From assembly GCF_009914755.1 (NCBI RefSeq), contig NC_060936.1: a stretch of 64,000 nucleotides of DNA. One strand, written 5' to 3'. The DNA is from the human T2T-CHM13v2.0 reference genome, Homo sapiens. The notes under the pieces were generated by a model that was not told where the DNA came from, did not search any database, and saw nothing but the letters and a program-made list of their open reading frames with translations. Positions 1-12,972 of the stretch are shown here, one piece after another. The stretch's first letter is position 1; the number at the start of each line of letters is the position of its first letter. The translations under genes and the position numbers were made by a program.

Positions 1-169
1 AAGATCAATGCGGTTTGTGTGCACATGCTGGGGATGACGGGAGAAGCAGGAAATGGGGCCGGGAAGTCAGGGAAATCCACTCTGGGCCTTGGAGGCCATG
101 TGAGAGCCTTTGACATGAGCTTGAGAGCAGTGCTAGCTATTGGGGGTTTTTGGTGTTTTGTTTTGTTTT

Positions 170-728
170 TTAAATTTTTAAAATTTCAATAGCTTTAGGG
201 GTACAAGTGGTTTTTGGTTACATGGATGAGCTGTGTAGTGGTGAAGTCTGGGATTTTAGTGTACCCAGCACCCAAATAGAGTACATTGTACCCAATAGGT
301 AGTTTTTCATTCCTCACCCCCCTTCTAACCTCCCCTTCTGAATCTCCAGTGTCCGTTAGACCATTCCACATGCCTTTGCATACCCACAGCTTAGCTCCCA
401 CTTATAAGTGAGAAGATGTGATATTTGGTTTTCCATTCCTGAGTTACTTCACTTGGGTTAATGGCATCCAGTCCCACCCAAGTTGCTGCAAAAGACACGT
501 TTCCATTTTTTATGGCTGAATAGTATTCCATGGTGTATATATATACCACATTTTCTTTATCTGCTCATCAGTTGATGGGCACTTAGGTTGATTCCAAATA
601 TTTGCTATTGTGAATTGTGCTGCCATAAACATTATGTGTGCATGTGCCTTTTTGATAGAATGACTTCTGTTCCTTTGGGTAGATACCCAGCAGTGGGACT
701 GCTGGATTGAATGGTAGATCTACTTTTA
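170..728 (-). mobile_element. L1 3' end (L1PB1-like)
   Basis: Reverse strand matches the L1PB 3' UTR (ATTGGGTACAATGTAC...CATCCATGTAACCAAAAACCACTTGTACCCC). ORF 583..828 contains LPFNPAVPLLGIYPKE, like the L1 ORF2 C-terminus. Confidence 0.9.
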
Positions 729-729
729 A

Positions 730-981
730 TTTTTTTTTTTTTTTGAAATGGAGTCTCGCTCTGTTGCCCACCCTGGAATTGCAGTGGCACGTTTTCAGCT
801 CACTGCCACCTCCACCTCCTGGGTTCAAGCAATTCTCCTGCCTCAGGCTTCTGAGTAGCTAGGACTACAGGCATGAGCCACCACACCTGACTAATTTTTG
901 TATTTTTAGTAGAGATGGGGTTTCACCATGTTGGCCAGGCTGGTCTCAAACTCCTGACCTCAAGTGATCCACCCGCCTCAG
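730..981 (-). mobile_element. AluS, 5' end missing
   Basis: Poly-T then gagtctcgctctgttgccc; stops at cgcctcag next to an AT repeat. Confidence 0.9.
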
Positions 982-983
982 TC

Positions 984-1087
984 TATATATATATATATAA
1001 AATATTATATATATAATATAATTATATATATATAATATAATAATATAATATATATATAATATAATTATATTATATATATATATATAT
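984..1087. repeat. Degenerate (TA)n/TATAA repeat
   Basis: About 100 bp of A/T only. Confidence 0.95.
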
Positions 1088-1380
1088 TTTTTTTTAAGAA
1101 ACAGAGTCTTGCTCTGTCCCATAAGCTGTAGTGCAGTGGCATGATCATCTCACTGCAGCCTTAAATTCCTGGACTCAAGCGATCCTCTTGCCTCAGCCTC
1201 CTGAGTAGCTGGAACTACAGGCACTTGCCAACATGCCCGGGCTAATTTTTAATTTTTTTGTAGAGACAGGGGTCTGGCTGTGTTGCCCAGGCTGGTCTCG
1301 AACTCTGAGGCTACAGCGATCTTCCTACCTGGGACCTCCCAAAGTGCTAGGATTACAGGCACGAATCATCATATCCAGCC
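1088..1380 (-). mobile_element. AluJ
   Basis: Antisense Alu with J-type ctcactgcagcc. Confidence 0.9.
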
Positions 1381-1479
1381 TAGGTTTTCATTTTTAAAAG
1401 AGCCAGTGTTCTTTTCTTCCAGAGGTATAATAATGCCATGCTCACCCCCCATGATGGAAACCCCCAGGCCTGGGTCTTC

Positions 1480-2160
1480 ACCCTCTCTGCCCCCCTTTCC
1501 TTGGTAGGCCCCTGGCATGGCTTCATCACTTCACCACCTTCTATGTGCTGGGGATGCCCCCGTTTCTATCCCCAGCCCAGGCCTCACCCCCAAGCTCAAG
1601 GATCATGTGTCCAGCTGGTCACCCAACCTCGCCAGCAGGCATTGCACACTCACCAAGTCCCAAACCGACCCCTGGACACTCCCTAACCCTGACCTGTTTC
1701 CTCCTGAGTCTTCCTCTTCTCGGTTAGCAGCAGCTTCATCCTGCGAGGCCCAAACCTTTCCTCTCTTGCTTACCCTGAATGGCTGATCCATCAGCCAGTC
1801 CTGTCAGTGTTACCTCCTATCTACATCCGGAATCTGCCACTTCTCACCACCTCCATCACTACTGCCCACGCTGGACCACGCCCCCATCCTCCCGAGCCTC
1901 GCCACTGGCCTTCCTACCTCCATCTTTGCTCCATTCTTAGTCTATTCTTCTCATGACTACCAGATGGAACCTTTACAGAGATAAGGCAGCTTGTTACTCC
2001 TCTGCTCAACAACCCACCATGGCTCCCAGCTCCCTCTGTGAAAAGCCAGTCTGTCCAGTGGCCCTGAGAGTCCACTGGCCTTGGCCCCAGGCCCTCTCTG
2101 GACATATCCATCCCTCTGTCCTTACTCACTCTCCCTCAGCTTCTGGCTTGTTCCCTTATA
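1480..2160 (+). mobile_element. L2 fragments
   Basis: C/T-rich L2-like motifs, e.g. ctatccccagcccaggcctc and ttactcctctgctcaacaacccaccatggctccc. Confidence 0.7.
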
Positions 2161-2172
2161 ACCTGTAGCTTA

Positions 2173-2311
<139 letters not shown>

Positions 2312-2636
2312 ATTTTTTCTTGTAATTCAGATGTAATTCACATACCATAAAAGTCACCCCTCGTAATGTGGACAATTCAGCAGTTTTAGTATATTCATGA
2401 AGTTATACAATCATCACCACTCTAATTCCAGAACATTTTCATCAGCCCAGAAGGAAGCCCTGCACCCCTTAGTTGTCACTTCCCATTCCTCCCTCCACAC
2501 CCTGTCCTGGGGAACCAGTCACCTACTTTCTGTCTCTACGGATACGCCTATTCTATCCATTTATATAAATGAATTCTGACAATATGTGGCCAATATCTGG
2601 CTTCTTCACTTTGCATCATGTTTTCAAGGTTCATCC
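2312..2636 (-). mobile_element. L1MB 3' end
   Basis: taattcacataccataaaagtcaccc...aattccagaacattttcatca is typical of the L1MB 3' UTR in antisense. Confidence 0.8.
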
Positions 2637-2931
2637 AGGGGTGGTACCTCACACCTGTGATGCCATCACTTTCGGAGACCCAGGTGGGAACATCACTTGA
2701 GGCCAGGAGTTTGAGACCAGCCTGGGCAATATAGCAAGACCCTGTCTCCACACACACACATAAAATTAGCCTGGCATAGTTGCACCTGTAGTCCTAGTGA
2801 CTCAACAGGCTGAGGCAGGAGGATCAGTTGGACCTGGGAGGTCCAGGCTGCAATGAGCTATGGTCACACCACTGCACTCCTACCAGGGTGACAGAACAAG
2901 ACCTTGTCTCTATTTTTAAAATAAAATAAAA
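2636..2931 (+). mobile_element. AluJ
   Basis: Dimeric Alu with A-rich tail. Confidence 0.9.
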
Positions 2932-2949
2932 TATGCATCTTGTTGACCT

Positions 2950-3101
2950 GTGGCATTTTCTATCTGTATCATCCTTGTGTCTGCCTCTCCCCTCTAGAAT
3001 ACCAGTGACCCGAGGGTTCACTGATCTTCTGCACCCAAGACAGCACCTAATACAGAGAAGGGACTCAATCTATATTGGTGGAATGAATGAATGAATGAAT
3101 G
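2950..3101 (+). mobile_element. L2 3' end
   Basis: Ends in cagcacctaatacag...ctcaat...(gaat)n. Confidence 0.7.
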
Positions 3102-3689
3102 ATGGTGTTGGAGAGGCTTGACCTTTTCACGAGACTCCCCTATATCCCAGCATCCTCTGCACAACTGAAGCCAACCCCTATTCAAACCCCCACAAAGTCA
3201 CCCCCATTTCTGGGGCACCCTCCCTGCATCTTCAACTCCTAGGTGGACCCCACCTCTCTCTCCTCCAACCTCCCAGAGCTCCGAGTCACTTTGTCTCTGT
3301 TGGGACCCTCTCTGTTATCTCCGAGACGACCATCTCTCAGGCTCCTGTTAGGCCCCCTGAGGGGCAGCAAGTGGATTCTGTTCACCTTTGCATCCTGAAC
3401 ATGCCAGGGTATGGTAGATGTCTCCTAACAACAACACAGTGTGTGGAGTGAATGCTTTGAAGGATCTTCCAGCCCTAAAGAGGCTTCTCTTCCCTCTCAC
3501 GGTGCCTGGAATCCACCACAGCATCAGCCTGCAGGACGTGTGGTGTCCCCAGAAGTGGCCCATCTGGAGAAGATGAGGAGGGAACACCTTGCTCAGCCCC
3601 TTGGAGCTGTGAATGTGTGGGTGGGCAGAGCACAGGCATGCTCTTGTCCCCTTGAGCCCCAGGAGGCAGCCACAGCAGGCACTGCCCTT

Positions 3690-3835
3690 GTCCCCATGCT
3701 ACAGATTGGGAAACTGAGGCTTATATGTCAAGGAGGGTTGCAAGCTGAGTGACTTGCCCAAGATCCCTGCTGCTACTTCTTGAAGGAGCCCAGAATCAAC
3801 CCCAAGGGTCTCTGACTTCAAACCCCACTGTCTCC
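3690..3835 (-). mobile_element. MIR
   Basis: Core acagattgggaaactgaggc...tgacttgcccaag. Confidence 0.8.
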
Positions 3836-3869
3836 ATCCCACACCATTTTGGGGGCCACATTTAGGCCC

Positions 3870-4045
3870 TGGCCCACCTATGTCAGATTCATCAAGGGAA
3901 CTGATTTGTGAAGTAGATGCCCAGGTCCCAGCTGGGAGGTTCTGTTTCAGTGGATCTGGGTAGGGGCCTGGGACTCCAACTTTTGAACCAGCTACCGAGC
4001 TGATCCTAATGCTTTCTGAGCTGGGAGACCCCTGGGTCTGCACCC
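3870..4045. mobile_element. MER5-type hAT-Charlie element
   Basis: gaggttctgtttcagtggatctgggtaggggcctggga resembles MER5A. Confidence 0.65.
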
Positions 4046-4499
4046 TCCTGCATATAAGGGTCTGAGACAGGAGAATCAGGACTCAGGAGTTTTGAAATCA
4101 AGAGTGGCCTGGTGTCTGAGTCCTGAAGGTGCCCTGCTTGATGGGGACTCAGGCCCCTGCCTCTGCCCCTCTTCCTACATGGGGGCTGCTGCCAGCGAGC
4201 ACGGCTTTGCTGGTAAAGTCTTTATCGGGAATGTCGCCTAATGCATTCATATCAAACAATAGCGCCTCATACATCATCCCTGCCAGAGGCCACCTCTGCT
4301 AAGACAAGCACAGTCCGTTACCCTGACGGGTGCAGGCCGTGCACAAAACAGATAACAGGTCCCGGCTGTGCAGGGTGACGTGGGGTGGGGAGTTGTCACA
4401 GTGAGCACCTAAGGGGCCTTGGGCAGCTGCCACCCCAGGTGGTCGGGACATGGGATGTCTGAGGTTCCAACCTCATAGGGCAGTAGATTGGATGTTGGT

Positions 4500-4705
4500 G
4501 GACAGCCTGGCTCTGCCTCCTCCGGGAAGCAAGTCAACCTTTCTGAGCCTCTTTCCCCCATTTGTCAAAGGGGGTTAGGAATAGGACTTGTGTCACATAG
4601 GGCTGCTTGCGGAGCTTGAGACAGGAGACTGGTAAAGTGTCAGGCACAATGCCCAGGGAAGAGAAGATATCTGATACACGGTAGCTATACCTACTATATT
4701 ATTAC
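4500..4705 (+). mobile_element. MIR
   Basis: gcaagtcaacctttctgagcctctttccccatttg core. Confidence 0.7.
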
Positions 4706-4819
4706 CAGGGCCCCATCGACTGCGGCCTGCCCCTTTCCAGGGACAGCCTTCAGAAAGATAATGGTCTTCGTTATCTCCAGGCTCCTGCGGGCATGGAGGG
4801 ACAATTCTCACCCGCGCCT

Positions 4820-5232
4820 GCCTGCTGCATCCCCAGAAGCAGAGCCTGACACAGGGACTGGAAAGCAAGTCATTTATTTTGGAGATGAAGCTCACACCAG
4901 TCGGAGACGGGGAAAGGGAGGCAGGAGGAAGGGCAGCTGAGAAAGGCTGTGTGATAAAGCTGGACAATCACTGTGGGCCACCCGGGTGTTGTCCCCTGGG
5001 CCGCAGTGTGGGATACACACTTCAAGGGGCTGGGGGCTGGAGAGCTGATAGATCATCTCCCATCACCATGGGGACTGCTCCAGGGGACATTCATTCTTGA
5101 ATACTTCCGGCTCGGTGTATAAGTGGCAAAACAGTCTTGGGAGAAATGCCTGGGGCAGAGAAATGTGGGTGCTGGTAGCTAGAGGCTGGACTCACATGCA
5201 CCCACGTGGTAAGGGTCTGGGACATGGGTGGG
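4820..5232 (-). mobile_element. ERVL LTR (LTR33-like)
   Basis: ccccagaagcagagcctgacacagg...gcaagtcatttatttt matches the antisense LTR33 end; AATAAA on the minus strand. Confidence 0.7.
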
Positions 5233-5233
5233 G

Positions 5234-5620
5234 TGCTATTAGGGGCCGAATTGTGTACCACCAAATTCATATATGGAAATCCCAGCCCCCACTACCTAAG
5301 AATGTGACTGTACTTGGAGACAGGACCTTTATGCAGGTAATTCAGGTAAAATGAGGTCATTGAGGGTAAGCCCTAATCCAACATGACTGGTGTCCTCACA
5401 AGAAGAGGCGATTAGGACCCAGACACACAAAGGGAAAAGCCTGGGTCAAGACACCAGGAGGTGGCCAGCTACAGGCTAAGGAGAGACCTCGGAAGAAATC
5501 AGTCCCCCTGATACTTGAGTTTAGACTTCTAGCCTCCAGAACTGTGAGAAAGTCAACTTCTGTGGATGAAGCCACCCAGGCTGTGGCATTTTGTTATGGC
5601 AGCCTGAGCAATGAACACAG
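5234..5620 (+). mobile_element. MaLR solo LTR (MLT1B-like)
   Basis: gaatgtgactgtacttggagacagg...gccctaatccaacatgactggtgtcct...gacttctagcctccagaactgtgaga...ttgttatggcagcc. Confidence 0.85.
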
Positions 5621-5699
5621 ACACTGCCACTCCTCCTCTCTCTCATTTCTGGCCATTCACCCTCTTTGCTAAGAGTCAAGTTCCGCTCTCGATCCAGCC

Positions 5700-6220
5700 A
5701 CCACCACCCTGTCTGGATGCCCCAAGTTTCCCCAGTCCTCTTTTGCCTCAAGATCTTGGCCTTTGCTATTCCCTCCACCTAGAATGCTCTTACCCCAGAT
5801 CTTCATGTCTTCGTTCTTCCTGTCTCTGCTCACTGGTCCTCTTTGTGCAGAGGTCCTCCCCTACCCCTTTATCCTTCTCTTTCACCTTAGCCTGTTGTAT
5901 TTTCTTTTGTGCACTGCTCTGGCCCTGCCTTACTTGTTTGTTTACTGTCATCTCCCTCCACTGAAATGCAGGTTCGTGATGGCCGGAGCCTTGTCCATCT
6001 TGTTCGTTACTTTGACCTCAGTGCCCAGAACAGTGCCTTTTTTAGAGTAGGGATCAGCAAATTTGGGGAGAGTCAACATGAGTTCAGGAGTGGAGCCTGA
6101 CTAGCCAGCTCCCCATGCAGCCAGCTCTTGAGAGTGTTTCAAAGCTGTTTGCATTTCCTCCTTCCCTTCAGCCCAGTACAGGCACATAGTAGGTGCTCAA
6201 TAAATTATTGAGAAGGAAGA
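5700..6220 (+). mobile_element. L2 fragments
   Basis: ggcctttgctattccctccacctagaatgctct and ggcacatagtaggtgctcaataaat. Confidence 0.7.
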
Positions 6221-8093
6221 ACAAGGTCTGTGGGGGCAGCTGTCTTTGTTTATCTATATGCCTGGTGGGTTTTCCTTTGTTTTTCACCTAGAAAGTTCAA
6301 AGCCATGGATGTGCTTTAAACGGATAGATTTTCCTTTCTCTACGTCTGCCGGGAGGAGGTCACCAGCTGAGGGCCCGCGAGGCCAGGAAGCACAGTGCCC
6401 TGCCATTCAGGACCAGAAAGCACAAAAGGCAGTTGCATCCCACCCGAAGAGTAAGGGGAAAAGAAAGAATCATCAGATTATTTCAGAGTCACTGAGGACC
6501 ACAGTGAAAACCAAGGAGATTTTGCTGATGCCAGAAGCAGTGAGGGGTTGGTGACATAGGTGCCCTGGTAAGGGAGGGAGGAGATCTCTGATCCTGCTAC
6601 TCCCAGGATCCACACTAAGCACTTTTTAGCATGAGCTCACTGGATCTTCACCCCAGCTCTGGGAGGCAGCCTGGGGTGGTGGTTAAAGTGGAAACTCCGG
6701 AGCTCTATCTCCTGGATTCAAATCCCATCCCCACACCTCAAGGGCTGTGTGTCTTTGGGGAAGTGTATGCAGCTCCCTGGGCGTCGGTCTACTTTGGTCT
6801 GTGAAATGGGTAATGGTAACTATTTCAGACAGTTGTTACAAGGGCCAAAAGTAAAACCTGATGGTATGAGTCTGAACCCAGTTAGAATTGGTTCCCCAGA
6901 ATTCCTGGTTAACCTCACATGTGACTTTATTCTGCGTGGAATCAAATACTTTGTACTCCATCTTTGATGTTGCGGCAGGGCTTTTACTGCATTGAAAGCC
7001 CTTGAACAGTGCTATGTCAGTGGCAGCCATGATTATTGTTAATCTCATTTTAAAGATGACAAACCACTGTCCGAGCTGGCAGTTGGCAGAAGTCCACAGG
7101 CAGGAGAGGGCATTTTGGTGGCCCCAAGGCCTGAGGACAGGGGTGGGTTTAGACATTTCAGCCCAACCCAGGAGCTGTTGGCTGATCCAGAGGGGCAGCA
7201 GCTTCATTACCTGCCCTGCTCTCAATCAGCCAAGTCAAGTGAAGGAAAAACGTGACTGTAAGCCAGGGCTTTATCTGCTGCCCTGTGGACAGCCATGCTG
7301 GGCTGGGTCTCCTCCCTCTGGGCCCAGAAGCTGAGAGTCAGATGGCCACTGTCCACTCAAATAAACCAGAAAAGCACACCTACAGCAGACAGGGATGGAG
7401 ATTGGGTTTGGGGTTGCGTAGCGGCCCGGAGAGTAGGGGAGTGGGCCAGGCTCTTTGCAGCACATGATTAAAGACCTCAGTAATTGTGTCTGACTGGGAC
7501 TCATCCCCAGGGCTGGACACGAGGGGGATCCCAAAGCCCAGATGTGGCCCAGGGTCAGAGGCTGACGGAGGGTGGGGAGCACCCCCTTGTAGCTCCTGAG
7601 CAGCGAGTCCTGTGGTTCTAGAAGATGGTGCCATACATCACTCGACACGCCTTTCCATGGGACCAGCCGGGCTGACAGCAGCCATTTATCTGAATGTCAT
7701 TGGCAGTAAACTGGCGCAGGGGAGGGTGGTGAGGAGGGAGGGAGCTGGGGACCAAGTGGAGAGGAGAGGGTCCTTGGGAATTTCCCAGAGGCCAGTCCAC
7801 AGCCACAGCCTTGGTGAGGGGAGCAGGCAGGGCAGTGACAAGGCTGCCATGGGGAGACAAAGCAAAGCTGTCCATGGTGCCAAATGCCACCTTCTTTCTC
7901 ACTGGAGACACTTGGGGTAGAGGTAGAGGTGAACTCAGTGCTAACCTGGAAGTCAGGTGGAAGTTGGGACCAACTCCGTGGAGAGACACTCTGGTTGGGG
8001 AGGAGGTGCCTTTCGTAGACCCTCATGGTTATTAGCATGGAATTTGGACTTTGGAGCCATAATCCTGTTGTCTTCTTTCATTTAAAGAATATG

Positions 8094-8393
<300 letters not shown>

Positions 8394-8399
8394 GAATAT

Positions 8400-8700
8400 G
8401 CCCGGGAACAGTGGCTCACACCTCTAATCCCAGCACTTTGGGAGGCCAAGGTGGATGGGAAGCTTGAGCTCAGGAATTGGAGACCAGCCTGTCCAACATG
8501 GTGAGACCCCATCTCTACCAAAAATACAAAAAATTAGCTAGGCCTAGTGGCACATGCATGTAGTCCCAGCTACTCGGGAGGCTGAACCAGGAGGATAGTT
8601 TGAGCTCAGGAAGGGGAGCTTCCAGTGAGGCGAGATCATGCCACTGCCCTCCAGCCTGGGTGAAAGAGTGAGACCCTGTCTCAAAAAGAAAGAAAGAAAG
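8400..8700 (+). mobile_element. AluJ
   Basis: Full dimer with (GAAA)n tail. Confidence 0.9.
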
Positions 8701-8724
8701 ACTACACAACCTAAAGTAAGCATT

Positions 8725-8920
8725 TCACCACTGGCTGTGTGACCCGGGGCAAGTGACTTAACCTCTGTGAGCCCCAGTTTCCTCATCTGTAAAATGAGGG
8801 TAGTAATCATAGCTGCTCCACCAGGTCGTGGGAGGATTCGGGGAGCTAATTAGCAGTGCCTGGCTCATGGAAAGTGCTCGGTAAGTCTTAGCTGGTGTTA
8901 TTATCATTATTAATGCTATG
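8725..8920 (+). mobile_element. MIR
   Basis: gctgtgtgacccggggcaagtgacttaacctctgtgagccccagtttcctcatctgtaaaatg. Confidence 0.9.
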
Positions 8921-9212
8921 ATGCTCTGATAAGCAATACCAGGGGGAGCCAGGCTTCGTTTAGAGAGCCAGGGAAGACCTGATTAAAGCTTGCATGGGGG
9001 AGGGTATAAAGCATTCCAGCCAAAAGAGATGGCACAGAGGCCCTGAGGCAGGAAGGGGCAAGACACCATCCAACAGCTAAAAGGAAGCCAGAGGGGCTGC
9101 ACAAATCCCCAGGCCTCAGTTTCTTAATCTGTTACATGGGCATAATAGTAGAACCTATTACCTTCGAGGCTGTGAGGGTTAAGTGAGACTGTGTTTAAAG
9201 TTTCCAGCATAA

Positions 9213-9521
9213 GGCCAGGTTCAGTGGCTCATGTTTGTAATTCCAGCACTTTGAGAGGCTGAGGAGGGCAGATGGCTTGAGTTCAGTAGTTTCAGACAAG
9301 CCTGGGCAGCATGGCAAAACCTGGTCTCTACAAACATTTCAAAAATTAGCTGGGTGTGGTGCTGCACATCTGTAGTCCCAGATACTTGGGAGGCTGAGGT
9401 GGGAGGATCGCTTGAGCCCCAGCATTAGAGGCTGCAGTAAGCCATGACAGTGCCACTGCCCTCTAGCCTGGGCGACCAAGTGAGACCCTGTCTCAAACAA
9501 ACAAACGAATAAAAACACAAA
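9213..9521 (+). mobile_element. AluJ
   Basis: Full dimer directly after a MIR fragment (9105-9210). Confidence 0.9.
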
Positions 9522-10167
9522 GTGAGTCAAAGAAAGCATGTTTATGGCCTAAATTTGACCTGTGAAAGGTCATGCGCTCAGTAGGTGTTCAATAAATGAG
9601 GCCCCTTTCCCTTGGGAAGTCTCCACCTCCAATCTCCAGAGCCACTCCCTCCTCTGTGTCTCTGCCTCTACCTCCCTGCTTAGAGTTCAGACCTTCCTAG
9701 GCCAGGCTGGCACCCTGGGACCTGAGACCTAGATCCCTCCAGTTCAAGAAGAAGCTGAGCCTCACCCAAATCTAAGCACCCCCCCAATCCCCATCCCTCC
9801 TCCTGCCTGCCTGGGGACCCAGGATCACAAGGACACAGGTGGCTGGTGTGGGAGGCACATGTTACCAGCCTTGTCACCACTGCTGCCACTGCACCCTCCC
9901 CTGTCTGTGGCTTCGGAAAACCCTAGGAGCCAGGTGACAGGATTCCCCAGGGTCTGCACCTGCTTCAGGGACGGCGGCTGTGACTCAGAAGTGCGACCAG
10001 GTTCAGTTGATGGTAAATGCTCCAGTGAAACAGGCAGAAAAGAAGTGACATGAGGTCAGGGCCAGAGGGAGCCTTGGAGGTCAGCCCAACAGTGTTCAGT
10101 GGGGAAACTGAGGCCCAGGTAATGGAAGGTCACATAGCAAGGTGCTAGGACCCAGGTCTGCTGACTA

Positions 10168-10583
<416 letters not shown>

Positions 10584-10619
10584 TCATATTCCCTGGGCTT
10601 CCATATCCCCTGGGTCATG

Positions 10620-10800
10620 GAAAGAGGATGGCACTGGAGGCTTACAGGCTGTGTTTCCGTCCTGGTTCTGCCACTTACTGTGTGTCCTCAGGCAAGTTGC
10701 TTAGCCTCTCTGGACCTCCAGTACATCATCTGTAAAGTGGGAATAAGCCCTTTGCCAAAGTTAAGTGAGAATTTGTGTAAAATGTCCAGTTCATAATGGA
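10620..10800 (+). mobile_element. MIR
   Basis: ctgccacttactgtgtgtcctcaggcaagttgcttagcctctctgg core. Confidence 0.8.
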
Positions 10801-10829
10801 TATGTAAAAGTCTTTTTTTTTTTAAAGGC

Positions 10830-11150
10830 ACTTATACCTGGCTTCATTTAAAAAGGGCTGAGAAGTGACTTAGAAATATACACCATGATGCCAAAGCAGA
10901 AAATGCCCTGATGAGGGGAACATGACGGATGGCGGGATAAGGTTCCATATGTCAAGCAGTGGGCTAAACATGGTCTCAGAGTGTCCTGGCAGCCAAAGCA
11001 AAGAGAGATACACAGGCATTACTTGACTCCTAGAGTCCATAAGCTAAGAAACTACTAGTTGCTTAGGGGAGGAAAAAAATTGGTTTTTCATAGTAATGAG
11101 ATGTGAGAAATATCTCATGTGAGTCTTCAAAAATGAACACTGTAAAAAGT
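10830..11150 (-). mobile_element. Ancient interspersed repeat, probably L4/RTE-X
   Basis: Homologous to 44530-45230 (cctggcagccaaagcaaag motif); family name from memory. Confidence 0.45.
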
Positions 11151-11234
11151 TGTGTTAATTCTCTTTCCCTTCCACACTCTCAGCCCTTCTCTAACTACTC
11201 ATTAGGGTCACCCAAACCCTACAACCTCAGCTGA

Positions 11235-11475
11235 TGGCATCATGGCTAAGAGCCGAGGCCTTGAAGACAAAACCAGACTCCATCCCTGTGCAGCCTTGGG
11301 CTAGTGTCTTCCCCTCTCTGAGCCTCAGTTTCCTCATCTGTAAAATGGGGCGGGAGGATTTATAATGATAACTATCTCACTGGGTTGCCTGGAAGATTCT
11401 AGGAGTTATCTTCCATAAAGAGTTTGGAATGGAGTCTGGTACACAGTAAGTGCTCAATAAATGGTGGCTGTTACA
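11235..11475 (+). mobile_element. MIR
   Basis: ctctctgagcctcagtttcctcatctgtaaaatggg. Confidence 0.9.
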
Positions 11476-11559
11476 GGAGTAACTCAATAAATGTTCAATG
11501 AATGAATAGCACAGGGCATCTTATCTCCCAAACCGTCCCTTCTGCGCTTCTCGGCAGCA

Positions 11560-12130
11560 GGCTTTCTCCCCACACCAAATTGAAACTCCTGGTGTGTGTG
11601 TGGTGTGTGTGTTTGTTTTAATCAATTCCAGGGTTTGTGGGAGCCAAAAAGCCCAGGTTAATGGAACAGAGCCGAATCCCCTGTGAATTTCAAACCCTCC
11701 TTGAAAGGCCTTTGCTTTTTCCTGCTCAGTCACTGGGAAGCTGCTGCCTCCACTCTCCACTCGGGGAGGAGAAATTGAATAATTGATGCAATTTGAATAA
11801 CACTAGGATTTGTAATGATATTGAAATGTAAAGATAAAAAGGGGCGTGAACAGGCGCTGATAGCGGAAGGAAAAGTTGTTAATAGGCACTTAGGGGCTGG
11901 TGTTGGGGGGAACGCACCACTGGAAACACACACTGAAAAGGCATTTAAAAGAGGAGGCACAGGGGGTGGGGGTGAGCTGGGAAACCTCCACCCAACAAGA
12001 GGGAAAACCATATTCATAAATAAGATGCAGAAATTTCTCCCGACTCAGCAGCACTAACAGTTAGAGAGTGGATAATTATTTAAATGCCAAATCATTCTGT
12101 TCATTAGAATCCCAAATCACAGCTAAAGAA
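11560..12130. promoter_or_regulatory. Candidate conserved enhancer
   Basis: About 570 bp repeat-free, dense in AT-rich motifs. Confidence 0.4.
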
Positions 12131-12394
12131 ACTGATTGCCCAGGGCAGGGCTGAGGAGGTGGTGGAGGAGGAGGGAGGTGGCTGGAGGAGCAGGAAATCA
12201 GGGGAGAGTTTCCCTAACCTCTGGTCCATGCCAGGAGTAAGATGAGATACAACAGAGGAAGAAGTGGCTTCAAAAGTCAGAGAGACTTGGGTTCAAGTCC
12301 AGGATCTGGTACTTCCTGGCGTGTGGGCATGTTACCTTACCTCTCTGAGCCTTAGTTTGCCCAGCTGAAACATGGGGTTAATGCAAGGACGTAC

Positions 12395-12972
12395 TGTAAC
12401 CTTCATAGGTTCAACACTCAAGGCCCGCAGCAAGTCAAGACACCAAGACATGGGGTTGCAGCAGAGAATGAGGTTTAATTGTAGGGTCACTGAACAAGGG
12501 GATGGGAAGAAACCTCAAATCCATCTCCCAGAGGAGTTTGAGGCTGGCGTTTTTAAGGGTTTTGGAGTGGGCTGAAGTATGGAGATGGTTGATTAGTGGA
12601 AGAGTGCAGGGCAAAGTCATGGGGCAGGAAGAGGAAGCAGCTGTATTCTCACACTGATCCCGTTCCTCTGTGAGCATTGCTGGAATTCCAGGTCTGAAAA
12701 ATACCTTAAGCAATCCTTAAACAAAACCCTTATGATTCTAACATCAGAGATCCCATCTACAAGAACAACAGGAATACAAGTCAATTCTTAAACCATCTAT
12801 GAATCCGATTTATAGAAACAGTGTGGACGCAATGGTCAGTATCTAGTGCTACGTGACTTTTTGCAACAAGGAAATGGGCCAAGTGCAGCCAGATTAATGC
12901 TTAATTATCACTATATTTCTGTCCAGAACCCAGCATGTCCTTCTTGTCAACCCAGTGGGGACGGTTTTATTA
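12395..12972 (-). mobile_element. ERV1 (MER4-group) solo LTR inserted in a MIR
   Basis: Starts tgtaacc; ttgcagcagagaatgaggtttaattg...aaacctcaaatccatctcccagaggagttt is typical of MER4-group LTRs; MIR sequence on both sides. Confidence 0.7.
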
